Assembly: GCA_017443175.1 (NCBI GenBank)
Contig: JAFSOZ010000012.1
Span: 38,921 to 102,920, forward strand
Length of the DNA stretch: 64,000 bases
Reading direction: 5' to 3'
Source: Bacteroidales bacterium
GTDB taxonomy: Bacteria; Bacteroidota; Bacteroidia; Bacteroidales; WCHB1-69
In this document: one piece after another, positions 26,802-35,681 of the stretch
How positions within the stretch are numbered: position 1 is the stretch's first letter
Layout of the letters: the number at the start of each line of letters is the position of its first letter
The notes under the pieces: generated by a model
Told to the model about the DNA's origin: nothing
The model's input: only the letters and a program-made list of their open reading frames with translations
The model's database searches: none
Position numbers and translations under genes: made by a program

Positions 26802-28403
26802 TTAGAATCCTGTCCAGAACATTTCCCAGATTTTGTGTTCCATCTCCTGCCAGGTCTGGCGGGTGGCACCGGCAAAGTCGGCAGTATATTGGTTGAGCAA
26901 ATTTTGAGCCTCTTTCTTTTTGCCATCCTTTATCAGATTCACCGCTTTCTGCTCCAAATCAGGCAGTTCGTTGAAAGCTTTTTCTTCGTAACGGGCCACA
27001 TTGCCCAACAACATCTTCTTGGTGCTACCCCAGCGCACTTGAGCCAGCTTATTGGCTTTGCGATAGTGCCAGAGCACGGCATTCTCGTTGTAGCCGAAAT
27101 GTCCGCACACATTGAACCCAGCGGGCAAGGATGTTTCCCCGGCATATATGGGGATGCGCGGACTTTGTCCGGGATTCTCCAGCGAGAACCAGCACAAGCC
27201 GCCCACCTCATCGGGTAGCCAACTGCGGCATTGGATGATGGTGGAATAGGAGCACCACGACATGGCCACACCGCGGTAGAAGGTTACCGTGCCGGGCTTG
27301 AGCATGTTGTACATGGCACGCTCGTTGCCATCCATCCAGGGATTGGCGTTGGGGCACACCACCGTGTCCATCACGATTTCGCCATCCACTTTGCGTTTGC
27401 GGGGATAGAGCAGATTTTGGGTCTGGTCCAGTTCGGGACAACCCTCGTAGTTGGCGCGGAAGAGTTCCATCACGCGCTGCGGGGAGACCTTCTCATCGGG
27501 TTTGATGGAGAAAGGCAGCTCGTCGGCATCGAGGGCAAAGTGCTGGGACGGAGCCAACTGGGTGAAGATATACCACTCGCGTTCCTTGAAATTCTTATTG
27601 CCAGAATAGGAAGACGGGAAGGCTTTCCACCAGATAAAGTCACCTTTGCCATCCCAAAGACCATATTTCTTGGCCACCTTCTCGATGTTGTCGGAGCACA
27701 TGAAGTAATCCTTGTTCTTGCGGTCGAGTTTGCCGATGCGGGCCACGTTGCAGCTCACGGCCACCTCATCGTCGGGCACGCGTTGGGCCGCCCAGATGCC
27801 GCCGATCTTGTCGGGGCCCTCGCCGAGGATTTCCATCTGCCACACCTCCTTTTTGTCAGCAATGGTGATGCATTCGCCGCCGTCGCCATAGCCATATTGC
27901 TCAATCAAATCACCAATGAGACGGATGGCGTCGCGGGCGTTGTCGCAACGTTGCAAGGCAATGCGCTGCAGCTCCTCAATCAGGAACATACCCTTTTCAT
28001 TCAGCAGGGTATCGGGGCCGGAGAAGGTGCTCTCGCCCATGGCGAGTTGCTTCTCATTCATACAAGGATATGCCGTGTTCATGTAGGCATAGGTGTGGGC
28101 CACTTCGGGAATTTCTCCCGCCAGTGTCACATTCTCCATGGCGTTGGGTGTGCTGGTATGCATCGTGCCCTTATACACCTTGTGCATGGTGCCGGGCTCG
28201 TGGTCGGCAGCGGGCTCCATCTTCACCCAAGTGCGGTACTTGCTGTCGCACGTATGCGAGGTAATCACGGAACCGTCGGTGGAGGCCTTGCAGCCCACCA
28301 TGATGGAAGTGCAGTTAGCGCCCACGAGTTCGGTTTCCTGGGCGAAAGTGAATGTCGCGAAGAAGCAAGCGACAACGGTAAGGAGGAGGGTTTTGATTTT
28401 CAT
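26802..28403 (-). CDS. C69 family dipeptidase (secreted), second paralog
   Basis: The signal peptide is followed by the catalytic Cys context GANCTSIMVGCKASTDGS. The start is at MKIKTLLL. Confidence 0.85.
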   Translation of the reverse strand: MKIKTLLLTVVACFFATFTFAQETELVGANCTSIMVGCKASTDGSVITSHTCDSKYRTWVKMEPAADHEPGTMHKVYKGTMHTSTPNAMENVTLAGEIPEVAHTYAYMNTAYPCMNEKQLAMGESTFSGPDTLLNEKGMFLIEELQRIALQRCDNARDAIRLIGDLIEQYGYGDGGECITIADKKEVWQMEILGEGPDKIGGIWAAQRVPDDEVAVSCNVARIGKLDRKNKDYFMCSDNIEKVAKKYGLWDGKGDFIWWKAFPSSYSGNKNFKEREWYIFTQLAPSQHFALDADELPFSIKPDEKVSPQRVMELFRANYEGCPELDQTQNLLYPRKRKVDGEIVMDTVVCPNANPWMDGNERAMYNMLKPGTVTFYRGVAMSWCSYSTIIQCRSWLPDEVGGLCWFSLENPGQSPRIPIYAGETSLPAGFNVCGHFGYNENAVLWHYRKANKLAQVRWGSTKKMLLGNVARYEEKAFNELPDLEQKAVNLIKDGKKKEAQNLLNQYTADFAGATRQTWQEMEHKIWEMFWTGF

Positions 28404-28429
28404 AATAATATCAGAATTCTTTTGAAATG

Positions 28430-28437
28430 CAAAAATA
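28430..28437 (-). promoter_or_regulatory. -7 promoter box (TATTTTTG) for C69 paralog 2
   Basis: It is the reverse complement of CAAAAATA, about 30 nt upstream of the ATG at 28403. Confidence 0.5.
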
Positions 28438-28463
28438 ATATTTTTCCACCATTGCACGATATT

Positions 28464-28698
28464 CCGTTTCTCGGCGGCAGATGAATGGCTACCGGGCTTT
28501 GACCCCTAACGGGGTCCGAGGATTCCACCTTGAATGCGGCGACATGGTTAGGGCAGGCCTTTAGGTCTGCCAGCTCGGTAGCCCAGGGTAAGGCACACGG
28601 TACGGGTGCCGTCACCCTGGGGCACGGCGGCCAGCGGGTGAGCATCGCGGCGAACAACACATTTGCAATGGAACACGACACGCGCCGCCGCGAAACGG
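28464..28698. repeat. GC-rich structured intergenic element, copy 2 (235 nt, closed by a 15-nt inverted repeat)
   Basis: CCGTTTCTCGGCGGC (28464..28478) pairs 14/15 with GCCGCCGCGAAACGG (28684..28698). Internal hairpins are GACCCC-TAAC-GGGGTC, GGCAGGCC-TTTA-GGTCTGCC and CCAGGGT...ACCCTGG. It shares blocks with 4645..4749. Confidence 0.6.
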
Positions 28699-28742
28699 GG
28701 ACACGGGATTAGATGAACAATTTCCGTTGATTTAAAATTTTG

Positions 28743-28750
28743 TACCTTTG
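28743..28750 (+). promoter_or_regulatory. -7 promoter box (TACCTTTG) for rpe
   Basis: TAnnTTTG match about 20 nt upstream of the rpe ATG. Confidence 0.5.
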
Positions 28751-28770
28751 CACGCCAAAATATCGCGTTT

Positions 28771-29427
28771 ATGGAAATCAAACCTATCATCGCCCCTTCC
28801 CTTCTTTCCGCCGATTTCGGCAACCTGAAAAAAGATGTGCAGATGCTGAACAAATCCAAGGCCGACTGGATACATATGGACATCATGGACGGCGTGTTCG
28901 TGCCCAACATCTCTTTCGGAATCCCCGTGGTCAAGGCGGTGCGACAACTGTCGGAGAAGCCCTTGGACACGCACTTGATGATTGTGCAGCCGGAGCGCTA
29001 TATCCACGCCTTCAAAGAGGCGGGTGCCGACATGCTGACGGTACACTGGGAGGCTTGCACGCACCTGCACCGCACCATCTACCAAATCAAGGAAGAAGGC
29101 ATGCTGGCGGGCGTGGCCCTCAATCCGCATACGCCGGTGGCCGGTTTGGAAGACGTTATCAACGATTTGGACTTAGTGCTCATCATGTCGGTGAACCCCG
29201 GATTCGGTGGGCAGAAGTTCATCCCCCGCGCCCTGCACAAAATCGCCGCCCTGCGCGAGATGGTCGAGCGCAACAACGCGGAAACGCTCATTGAAGTGGA
29301 TGGCGGTGTTTGCCGCGACAATCTTGCCGACATCATGGCCGCCGGAGCCGATGCCGTGGTGGCCGGCAACGCTGTCTTCAAAGCCGAAGACCCTAAAAAG
29401 GAAATTTTAACTTTAAAAAACATATAA
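28771..29427 (+). CDS. rpe: ribulose-phosphate 3-epimerase
   Basis: 218 aa with IAPSLLSADF...HMDIMDG.FVPN...MSVNPGFGGQKF. Confidence 0.93.
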   Translation: MEIKPIIAPSLLSADFGNLKKDVQMLNKSKADWIHMDIMDGVFVPNISFGIPVVKAVRQLSEKPLDTHLMIVQPERYIHAFKEAGADMLTVHWEACTHLHRTIYQIKEEGMLAGVALNPHTPVAGLEDVINDLDLVLIMSVNPGFGGQKFIPRALHKIAALREMVERNNAETLIEVDGGVCRDNLADIMAAGADAVVAGNAVFKAEDPKKEILTLKNI

Positions 29428-29428
29428 A

Positions 29429-30055
29429 ATGAAAAAATCTCTCGTACTCTTTTTTGCTTTTGCCTTAAGTGTGTGTTCTTTCGCACAAACTATTACCTAT
29501 CAAGATATTCTGAACCAGAAAACGGCCAAAGATCTGACCGGTCGCAACGGTGGTGACGAAATCACTGCATACGTGGCCTCCAATGGTGTCTCCTATACCA
29601 AAGGTTCGACGATTACATACGGCTATCCTACCAACGGTAAATATTATCTCTATTTCAAGGATGTCACGGGCAGCGTGCTCGGCACCTTGACAGAAGACAG
29701 TAACACTGACGCCTCCACCAGTGCCGCTAACCGAGAAGTGAACGAACGCATATCAAACCGCGCCGGCGGTGTGGCCACTATCAAAAAAATTGAATGTCGT
29801 CCCGTCGATCCTTTCAATCGAAAAACCAGCGGTTGTTATATTTACTTGGTTCTCAACCGTGGCGGCTTGGCCTGCACCAACTTTGAAGAAGCCCTTGCCA
29901 CGAAAGAAATCATCACCAAAGCGGATCCTTCCGACGTGGCTTCCGACGCTGCCTTGGAAGAGCTGAAAAAATGGAAAGAAAAACTCGATCTTCAGATCAT
30001 CACCCAAGAGGAGTACGATGCCAAAAAAGCCGAATTGATGAAAAAAATCAAATAA
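29429..30055 (+). CDS. secreted protein with a C-terminal SHOCT-like motif
   Basis: It has a signal peptide (MKKSLVLFFAFALSVCSFA) and a C-terminal LDLQIITQEEYDAKKAELMKKI. Confidence 0.6.
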   Translation: MKKSLVLFFAFALSVCSFAQTITYQDILNQKTAKDLTGRNGGDEITAYVASNGVSYTKGSTITYGYPTNGKYYLYFKDVTGSVLGTLTEDSNTDASTSAANREVNERISNRAGGVATIKKIECRPVDPFNRKTSGCYIYLVLNRGGLACTNFEEALATKEIITKADPSDVASDAALEELKKWKEKLDLQIITQEEYDAKKAELMKKIK

Positions 30056-30067
30056 ACATCCTGAATA

Positions 30068-31312
30068 ATGACAGAAAAACAAAGAAGCACGGCTTATTGC
30101 ATGTTCGTCATCGGATCCCTGTTTTTCGTGTTCGGATTCGTCACCTGGTTGAACAACATTCTGATTCCATACATGCGCACCTCTTGCGAACTTACCACCC
30201 AGGTGCAGGGTTATCTGGTGACTTTCGCTTTCTACATCGCCTATTTTGTCATGTCGATACCCTCCTCGTTTGTATTGAAAAAAACGGGGTATGGCAACGG
30301 CATGGCGTTGGGCCTCATCGTGATGGCCATCGGGTGCATGATGTTCATACCGGGAGCCATGACACGCAGTTATCCTATCTTCCTGATCGGCCTGTTTTTA
30401 CAGGGAAGCGGCTTGTCGCTGCTGCAAACGGCCAGCAATCCGTATGTTACGGTTATCGGACCAGTGGAATCTGCTGCGCGCCGTATGAGCGTGATGGGCA
30501 TCTGCAACAAGGTGGCCGGCATGATTGGCATCCTCATTCTGTACAATGCCCTGTTCAAAGGCAAGGAACAACTCATCGAAAATATCCAAAAAACTCCTGC
30601 CGGTCCAGCCAAAGAGCAGATGTTGCAGCAGCTTTCCAGCGGTGTTATTCTGCCCTATATCATTATGACCATGGTGCTTATCGCATTGGTCATCTTCATC
30701 AAAACCGCTCATTTACCGGAGATTATTGAGGAAGAAAAGAAAATTGACGGCCATAAAACCAGCATTTTCAGTTTCCCGTACATGTGGCTGGGCGTGTTGG
30801 CCATCTTCTTCTACGTGGGCGCGGAAGTCATTGCCATCGACACGCTGATTCCGTACGGCGACTATTACGGCATCCCCACTTCGGTTTCCCATTATTTCGG
30901 CATCTATGCGCTGGTGGCGTTGCTAATCGGATATTTCTGCGGCATCTTGTTCGTGCCGAAGGTCATCTCGCAGCGCAATGCGTTGATCATTCAACTCTGT
31001 CTGTCGGTGATACTAGTGATTGTGGCCTTATGCACGCACGGTCTGGCGTCCATCGTCGCCATCATCTGCCTCAGTTTCGCACACGCCATCATGTGGCCGG
31101 CCATCTGGCCGCTTGCCATCCACGATTTGGGCGAACATACGGAGTTTGCCTCCGCCCTGTTGGTGATGGCCATCGTGGGCGGCGCCGTTATGCCGCTAAT
31201 CTACGGCAGAATAGCTGACGTGGTGAACCCGCACGACGCCTACGCCCTGCTGTTCGTGTCATACGCTTACATCTTGTTCTTCGCAACGGTGGGGTGCAAA
31301 TTGCGCCGGTAG
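30068..31312 (+). CDS. sugar MFS transporter (FucP/GluP-like)
   Basis: 414 aa with 12 TM helices and a WLNNILIPYM... N-terminal pattern typical of glucose/galactose-fucose permeases. Confidence 0.8.
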   Translation: MTEKQRSTAYCMFVIGSLFFVFGFVTWLNNILIPYMRTSCELTTQVQGYLVTFAFYIAYFVMSIPSSFVLKKTGYGNGMALGLIVMAIGCMMFIPGAMTRSYPIFLIGLFLQGSGLSLLQTASNPYVTVIGPVESAARRMSVMGICNKVAGMIGILILYNALFKGKEQLIENIQKTPAGPAKEQMLQQLSSGVILPYIIMTMVLIALVIFIKTAHLPEIIEEEKKIDGHKTSIFSFPYMWLGVLAIFFYVGAEVIAIDTLIPYGDYYGIPTSVSHYFGIYALVALLIGYFCGILFVPKVISQRNALIIQLCLSVILVIVALCTHGLASIVAIICLSFAHAIMWPAIWPLAIHDLGEHTEFASALLVMAIVGGAVMPLIYGRIADVVNPHDAYALLFVSYAYILFFATVGCKLRR

Positions 31313-31999
31313 ATTGCGATAATCTTGTCGTGACGGACAAGTGCGTAAACTGCCACCGCAAGGGCTCCTACAAAGTTCAGCGTAAGGTCCCACATGGTGT
31401 CGTTCAAAGCATCATGCCCGCATAGGGGAATATCCCCTGCAAGGATGTAAGATCCTGATGTGGAGACCATAAATTGTTGGGCGTTGGTACCTGCAATACC
31501 ATCATAGAAGTGTTCGAGAATTTCCCAAAAGACCCCCATTCCCACAGAAAACATCAGCAGGAAAAAAAAACAATAACCATTTGTTTTGATAAACCAACTT
31601 GGCATTTTTAGCCATGGTCACATGGATCATCCAGAAGGCCACGATTGACATCATCACACCGGATACTGCATGCAAGACAGTATCCCACCACTTGTATTTA
31701 CCGTAACAACCGAGCACGCCACCGGAAATAAACGCCAAGAGACCGAATATCACGATAAAAGCAGAGAGTTTCCATGGCACATATATCTTGAATTTATCCA
31801 GTAACAGAAGCAAACAAAGAACAATCAGCATCGACACATACAATGCCGCTTGAGAAACAACCATAACAAGGGGCATAGGTTTTATAAAAACATCAAAAAT
31901 AGTATCGATTGTCGCCATCGCTAATATAACCCAAAACAACACGATGTTAACTGTACGGATAACATTATTTCCTTTTTGGGATTTATCATTAATCTCCAT
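31267..31999 (-). pseudogene. YjdF/DUF2238-like membrane protein interrupted by a frameshift in a T9 run
   Basis: ORFs 31502..31999 and 31267..31605 are consecutive halves of one membrane protein. The frames switch at the homopolymer 31562..31570 (A9 on +), and one fewer T restores ...KWLLFFFLLMFSVGMGVFWEILEHFYDG.... The 3' end overlaps the convergent MFS gene by 46 nt. Confidence 0.6.
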
Positions 32000-32121
32000 A
32001 TCTGATAGTTTGAAGCCAACCGTAAATATCGGTTTTTTAAGGCGTTGTAAATTGAGTTTGCAAATATAGATAAAATTTTAACATAATTCAAATATGTAAT
32101 TAATTTGTATATTTGCCGCCG

Positions 32122-33921
32122 ATGAAAAAACGGCTTACCAAGCGGAAATACCTCTACTTGTTGTCCCGGACCAGACGCTACATGAAAAAGCATCTGAACC
32201 AGCGGACGTTAGTGTTGATTCTCAGTGTGCTCATCGGCATGCTGGGGGCATTGGCCGCCATTATCATCAAAAACCTCGTTTACATTACCACCAAGGCGCT
32301 CAGCAGTGCTTTTCCTGTGGAGGAGATCAATTACCTGTACCTCATCTTCCCGCCCATTGGCATTATCTTAGCCCTGGTTTTTGTGCGACGGGTGGTGCGC
32401 GACAACATCGGGCACGGCGTGAGCATCGTGCTCAAGTCCATCTGCAAGAGCGATGGCAAGTTGCGATTCCATAACGTCTATTCCTCCATGGTGTCGAGTG
32501 CCATTACGGTAGGCTTCGGCGGATCCGTCGGTCTGGAGGCCCCGATGGTGCTCACAGGCTCCGCCATCGGTTCTAACTTGGCCCGTTTCTTCCACCTCAA
32601 GCCCAAGCAGACCACCTTGCTGCTGGCGTGCGGCTCCACTGCTGCCATGGCGGCTATCTTCAAGGCTCCCATCGCGGCTATCGTCTTCACCTTCGAGGTG
32701 CTTATGCTCGACCTTACCGGCAGCGCCATATTGCCACTGCTCATCTCTGCCGCCACCGGCACCGTGATGTCCATGCTCTTCCTGGGCCGCAATGTGATGT
32801 TCTCCATCGGATCCACCCAGGAGTTCTGGCTTTCCAACATTCCCTTCTATATCATTCTCGGGCTGCTCACTGGATTGTTGTCCGTCTATTTCCTGCGCCT
32901 CTCAAGATGGGTGGAGAAACAGATGCGGCGGATTCGGAAACCCTACGTGCGGGCTGTTTTCGGTGGTTTGCTGCTCAGCGGACTCATTTACTTCTTTCCG
33001 GTTTTCTATGGAGAAGGATACGAAAACATTAACGTGCTTATAAATGGAGACTATACCTCTTTGTTTGCAAACTCCCCGCTGTGGGTGTTCGGGTCCAGCG
33101 TTTGGGTGATGCTGGCCGGCGTGGCGGGTATCATCCTGCTGAAAGTGTTCGCCACCTCGCTTACCACTTCCGCCGGCGGTATCGGTGGCGTGTTCGCGCC
33201 CACCCTGTTCATCGGTGCATTCACAGGTTTCTTTGTGGCTGGATTCTCCAACAACCTGTTGGGCACACATCTCCCATACGTCAATTTCATCCTCGCGGGC
33301 ATGGCCGGCGTGATGACCGGCGTGATGCAAGCCCCCATGACCGCCATGTTCCTCATTGCGGAACTCTCCGGCGGCTACACGCTGCTTATCCCGCTGATGA
33401 TCACCGCCGCATGCTCCTACATCAGCGTCTATCCGTTTGAAAAATACTCCGTCTATACCAAACCTTTGGCTGACAAAGGAAACCTTAAAACCCACAACAA
33501 GAACAAGTTCGCGCTGCGCAAGTTGCAGTGGGACCAATTTATGGACACGAACATCATGACCGTGCCCGCCCACAGCTCCCTGCGTACATACGTGAACATC
33601 ATCGCCCAAAGCAAACGCAATCTCTTTGTGGTCATCAATGAACATAACATCTTCCAAGGCCTGCTCGTCATGGACGACCATCGCGAGGTCATCTTCAATC
33701 AGGATCTCTACGACCTGGTTCGCGTGGAAGACCTGATGATTGAGCCGGAAGATTTTATTTACGAAGACGATACCGCCGCCGTTGCACTGGAAAAATTCAA
33801 AAAAACCGGCAACTTCAACATGCCCGTCATCACCCGCGATCGACAATATCTCGGCTTCCTATCCAGAGCCAAATTCCTGACCCAATACCAGGATTTTGTG
33901 GAGGAAGAGTCGGACGATTGA
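32122..33921 (+). CDS. ClC chloride channel with C-terminal CBS pair
   Basis: It has GSVGLEAP and GIGGVFAP selectivity-filter motifs and CBS repeats at the C-terminus. The start is ambiguous (32122 or 32182) because the -7 box TATATTTG sits at 32108..32115. Confidence 0.85.
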   Translation: MKKRLTKRKYLYLLSRTRRYMKKHLNQRTLVLILSVLIGMLGALAAIIIKNLVYITTKALSSAFPVEEINYLYLIFPPIGIILALVFVRRVVRDNIGHGVSIVLKSICKSDGKLRFHNVYSSMVSSAITVGFGGSVGLEAPMVLTGSAIGSNLARFFHLKPKQTTLLLACGSTAAMAAIFKAPIAAIVFTFEVLMLDLTGSAILPLLISAATGTVMSMLFLGRNVMFSIGSTQEFWLSNIPFYIILGLLTGLLSVYFLRLSRWVEKQMRRIRKPYVRAVFGGLLLSGLIYFFPVFYGEGYENINVLINGDYTSLFANSPLWVFGSSVWVMLAGVAGIILLKVFATSLTTSAGGIGGVFAPTLFIGAFTGFFVAGFSNNLLGTHLPYVNFILAGMAGVMTGVMQAPMTAMFLIAELSGGYTLLIPLMITAACSYISVYPFEKYSVYTKPLADKGNLKTHNKNKFALRKLQWDQFMDTNIMTVPAHSSLRTYVNIIAQSKRNLFVVINEHNIFQGLLVMDDHREVIFNQDLYDLVRVEDLMIEPEDFIYEDDTAAVALEKFKKTGNFNMPVITRDRQYLGFLSRAKFLTQYQDFVEEESDD

Positions 33922-33924
33922 AAA

Positions 33925-33963
33925 GTACATGAGGTGGAATGGGTAAATGGGGTACATAAGGTG
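33925..33963. repeat. 9-nt period array, G-rich orientation (GTACATGAG GTGGAATGG GTAAATGGG GTACATAAG)
   Basis: It starts 4 nt after the ClC stop codon. It is followed by a 7-nt period tract GAACTTT/AAACTTT at 33973..34001 that runs up to the rfbC ATG. Confidence 0.6.
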
Positions 33964-34001
33964 ATTATTATTTTTGAACTTTAAACTTTGAACTTTAAAC
34001 T

Positions 34002-34559
34002 ATGAACATTATAGAAACGCCTATTCCTGGTCTGTTAGTGATTGAGCCCGATGTTTTCAAGGATGCCAGAGGCTATTTTTTTGAAAGCTACAATGAAAAA
34101 CGATTGGAAGAAATTGGCATCCGTGATCATTGGGTGCAGGACAACCAGTCGTGCTCGCAGAAGGGCGTGGTGCGTGGGCTGCATTTCCAGAAGCCGCCCT
34201 TCGCACAAGCCAAGTTGGTGCGCATCCTGCATGGCGCGGCCATCGACTTTGCCGTAGATATCCGCAAGGGGAGCCCCACCTACGGGCAATACTATTCCGT
34301 GTTGCTCTCTGCCGACAATTTCCGCCAGTTCTACATTCCCGAAGGTTTCGCCCACGGGTTTGCCGCGTTGGAGGACAACACCCTCTTCTTCTACAAGTGT
34401 TCCAATTTCTACAACAAGGCCTCCGAAGGCAGCATCCGCTTTGACGATCCCGACCTCAACATCGACTGGCAGGTGAAAAATCCCTTGACCTCGGAAAAAG
34501 ATACAGAAGGCCCTTTTTTGAAGGATTTTGATTCGCCGTTTTTATACACTGAAAAATAA
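34002..34559 (+). CDS. rfbC: dTDP-4-dehydrorhamnose 3,5-epimerase
   Basis: 185 aa with ...FKDARGYFFE...RGLHFQ...QAKLVR...G...DVAVDIRKGSPTYG. Confidence 0.92.
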   Translation: MNIIETPIPGLLVIEPDVFKDARGYFFESYNEKRLEEIGIRDHWVQDNQSCSQKGVVRGLHFQKPPFAQAKLVRILHGAAIDFAVDIRKGSPTYGQYYSVLLSADNFRQFYIPEGFAHGFAALEDNTLFFYKCSNFYNKASEGSIRFDDPDLNIDWQVKNPLTSEKDTEGPFLKDFDSPFLYTEK

Positions 34560-35212
34560 TGACCAAGCTCTGTATATTCGATCTGGACGGCACGTTGCTC
34601 AACACCTTGGAGGATCTTGCCGATGCCGCCAACCACGTTTTAGCCGAACACCATTTTCCCACGCATCCGGTGGATGCCTACCGCTATTTTGTAGGCAATG
34701 GAATGCCTACGCTTATCCAACGCATCTTGCCGGAAGAGCATCGTGACGAAGATACTTTTAATACGTGTTTGCACGAGTTTTTGGAATATTATACCATCCA
34801 CATGCACGACAAGACCACCGTGTATGACGGGTTGACGGAAGTGTTGGAAACCTTACAGCGGCAACACATAAAGTTGGCGGTGGCCACCAACAAGGTTCAC
34901 AGTGCTTTGGCTCCGCTGATGGCCAATTTCTTCCCCACAGTGCAATGGGATGCGCTGTTCGGGCAGCGCGAAGGCGTGCCCGTGAAACCCGATCCGCAGA
35001 TAGTATATGACATCCTCAAAGCCACGGGCTGCACGAAGGAGGAAACCCTCTATTTCGGGGACACGGCAGTGGATATGGACACCGCACACGGTGCGGGACT
35101 GAAAGCCGTAGGCGTGCTCTGGGGCTACCGCCCGCGCACCGAACTGGAAGAAGCGAATGCAGAGATCATCATCAAAAATCCCGATGATATTTTACATTTA
35201 AAATATATCTAA
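34559..35212 (+). CDS. HAD family hydrolase (phosphoglycolate phosphatase-like)
   Basis: It has FDLDGTLLNT motif I, ATNK, and GDTAVDMDTAHGAG. Its start overlaps the rfbC stop (TAATG). Confidence 0.8.
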   Translation: MTKLCIFDLDGTLLNTLEDLADAANHVLAEHHFPTHPVDAYRYFVGNGMPTLIQRILPEEHRDEDTFNTCLHEFLEYYTIHMHDKTTVYDGLTEVLETLQRQHIKLAVATNKVHSALAPLMANFFPTVQWDALFGQREGVPVKPDPQIVYDILKATGCTKEETLYFGDTAVDMDTAHGAGLKAVGVLWGYRPRTELEEANAEIIIKNPDDILHLKYI

Positions 35213-35231
35213 ACTCTCAACTCTAAACTTT
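35211..35231. repeat. 7-nt period tract (AAACTCT CAACTCT AAACTTT)
   Basis: It lies immediately after the HAD stop and just upstream of the -7 box TATCTTTG at 35236..35243. Confidence 0.5.
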
Positions 35232-35285
35232 TTATTATCTTTGCCGCCGTAATTAAAACAATCACCTAATCCAAAAGTTGTACTA

Positions 35286-35534
35286 ATGGAAAAGAGAATT
35301 GGAACGATTACCGTGTTGGTCAAGGACCGCACGGTGGCACCGCTGGTGAACAGCGTGATTTCCCAATATGCAGACATTGTTTTGGCCCGTCAGGGCCTCC
35401 CCTTCCGCGACAGTGCCGTTGCGGTCATATCCCTTATTGTCGAAGGCGACACCAACCATATTAACGCCCTGTCCGGAAAATTAGGGAAAATCGAAAACGT
35501 GGAGGCCAAAGCGGTGGTCACACGATCAATATGA
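35286..35534 (+). CDS. TM1266-family putative [FeFe]-hydrogenase system regulator (ACT-like)
   Basis: 82 aa with ...ALSGKLGKIENVEAKAV, as in the TM1266 family. It is adjacent to hydG. Confidence 0.7.
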   Translation: MEKRIGTITVLVKDRTVAPLVNSVISQYADIVLARQGLPFRDSAVAVISLIVEGDTNHINALSGKLGKIENVEAKAVVTRSI

Positions 35535-35561
35535 TTTGGCCGTTAGCTATTGTTTTTTATC

Positions 35562-35642
35562 CTCCTTCACCCCATGTACCCCATGTACCCCTTGTACCCC
35601 CTTCACCCCTTTTACCCCTTTTACCTCATGTACCTATTCATC
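35562..35642. repeat. 9-nt period C-tract array (9 units, consensus CYCNTKTAC)
   Basis: The units are CTCCTTCAC CCCATGTAC CCCATGTAC CCCTTGTAC CCCCTTCAC CCCTTTTAC CCCTTTTAC CTCATGTAC CTATTCATC. Six C4-5 tracts are spaced by 4-5 nt. Confidence 0.85.
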
Positions 35643-35681
35643 CCTTTTTGCCATAATCATCAATAAAAAAATAACAACATC

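Noticed and set aside
9590-28403. Possible functional link between the two C69 dipeptidase paralogs and the unusual elements placed divergently from each (riboswitch locus, GC-rich element).
   Set aside because: The dipeptidases have their own standard promoters and nothing connects them to the neighbouring elements. This is most likely coincidence.
28470-28500. RNase P RNA, because GGCAGAUGAAUGGCUACCGGGC resembles the AGAUGAAUG...CCCGGCU region of bacterial RNase P.
   Set aside because: The universal GAGGAAAGUCCGGGC and GGUAAGGGUGAAAGGGUG blocks are absent on both strands. The short resemblance sits at the wrong end of the element.
28400-28712. 93-aa (minus) and 60-aa (plus) ORFs across the GC-rich element, and the 62-aa ORF 4566..4754 across the other copy.
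   Set aside because: The two element copies are conserved at nucleotide and structure level but not in any shared reading frame. The peptides are low-complexity and R/P/A-rich.
35562-35642. Possible CRISPR array (and the same question for the other short-period arrays).
   Set aside because: The units are 9 nt and directly adjacent, with no unique spacers. There are no 25-40-nt repeats and no cas genes in the window.
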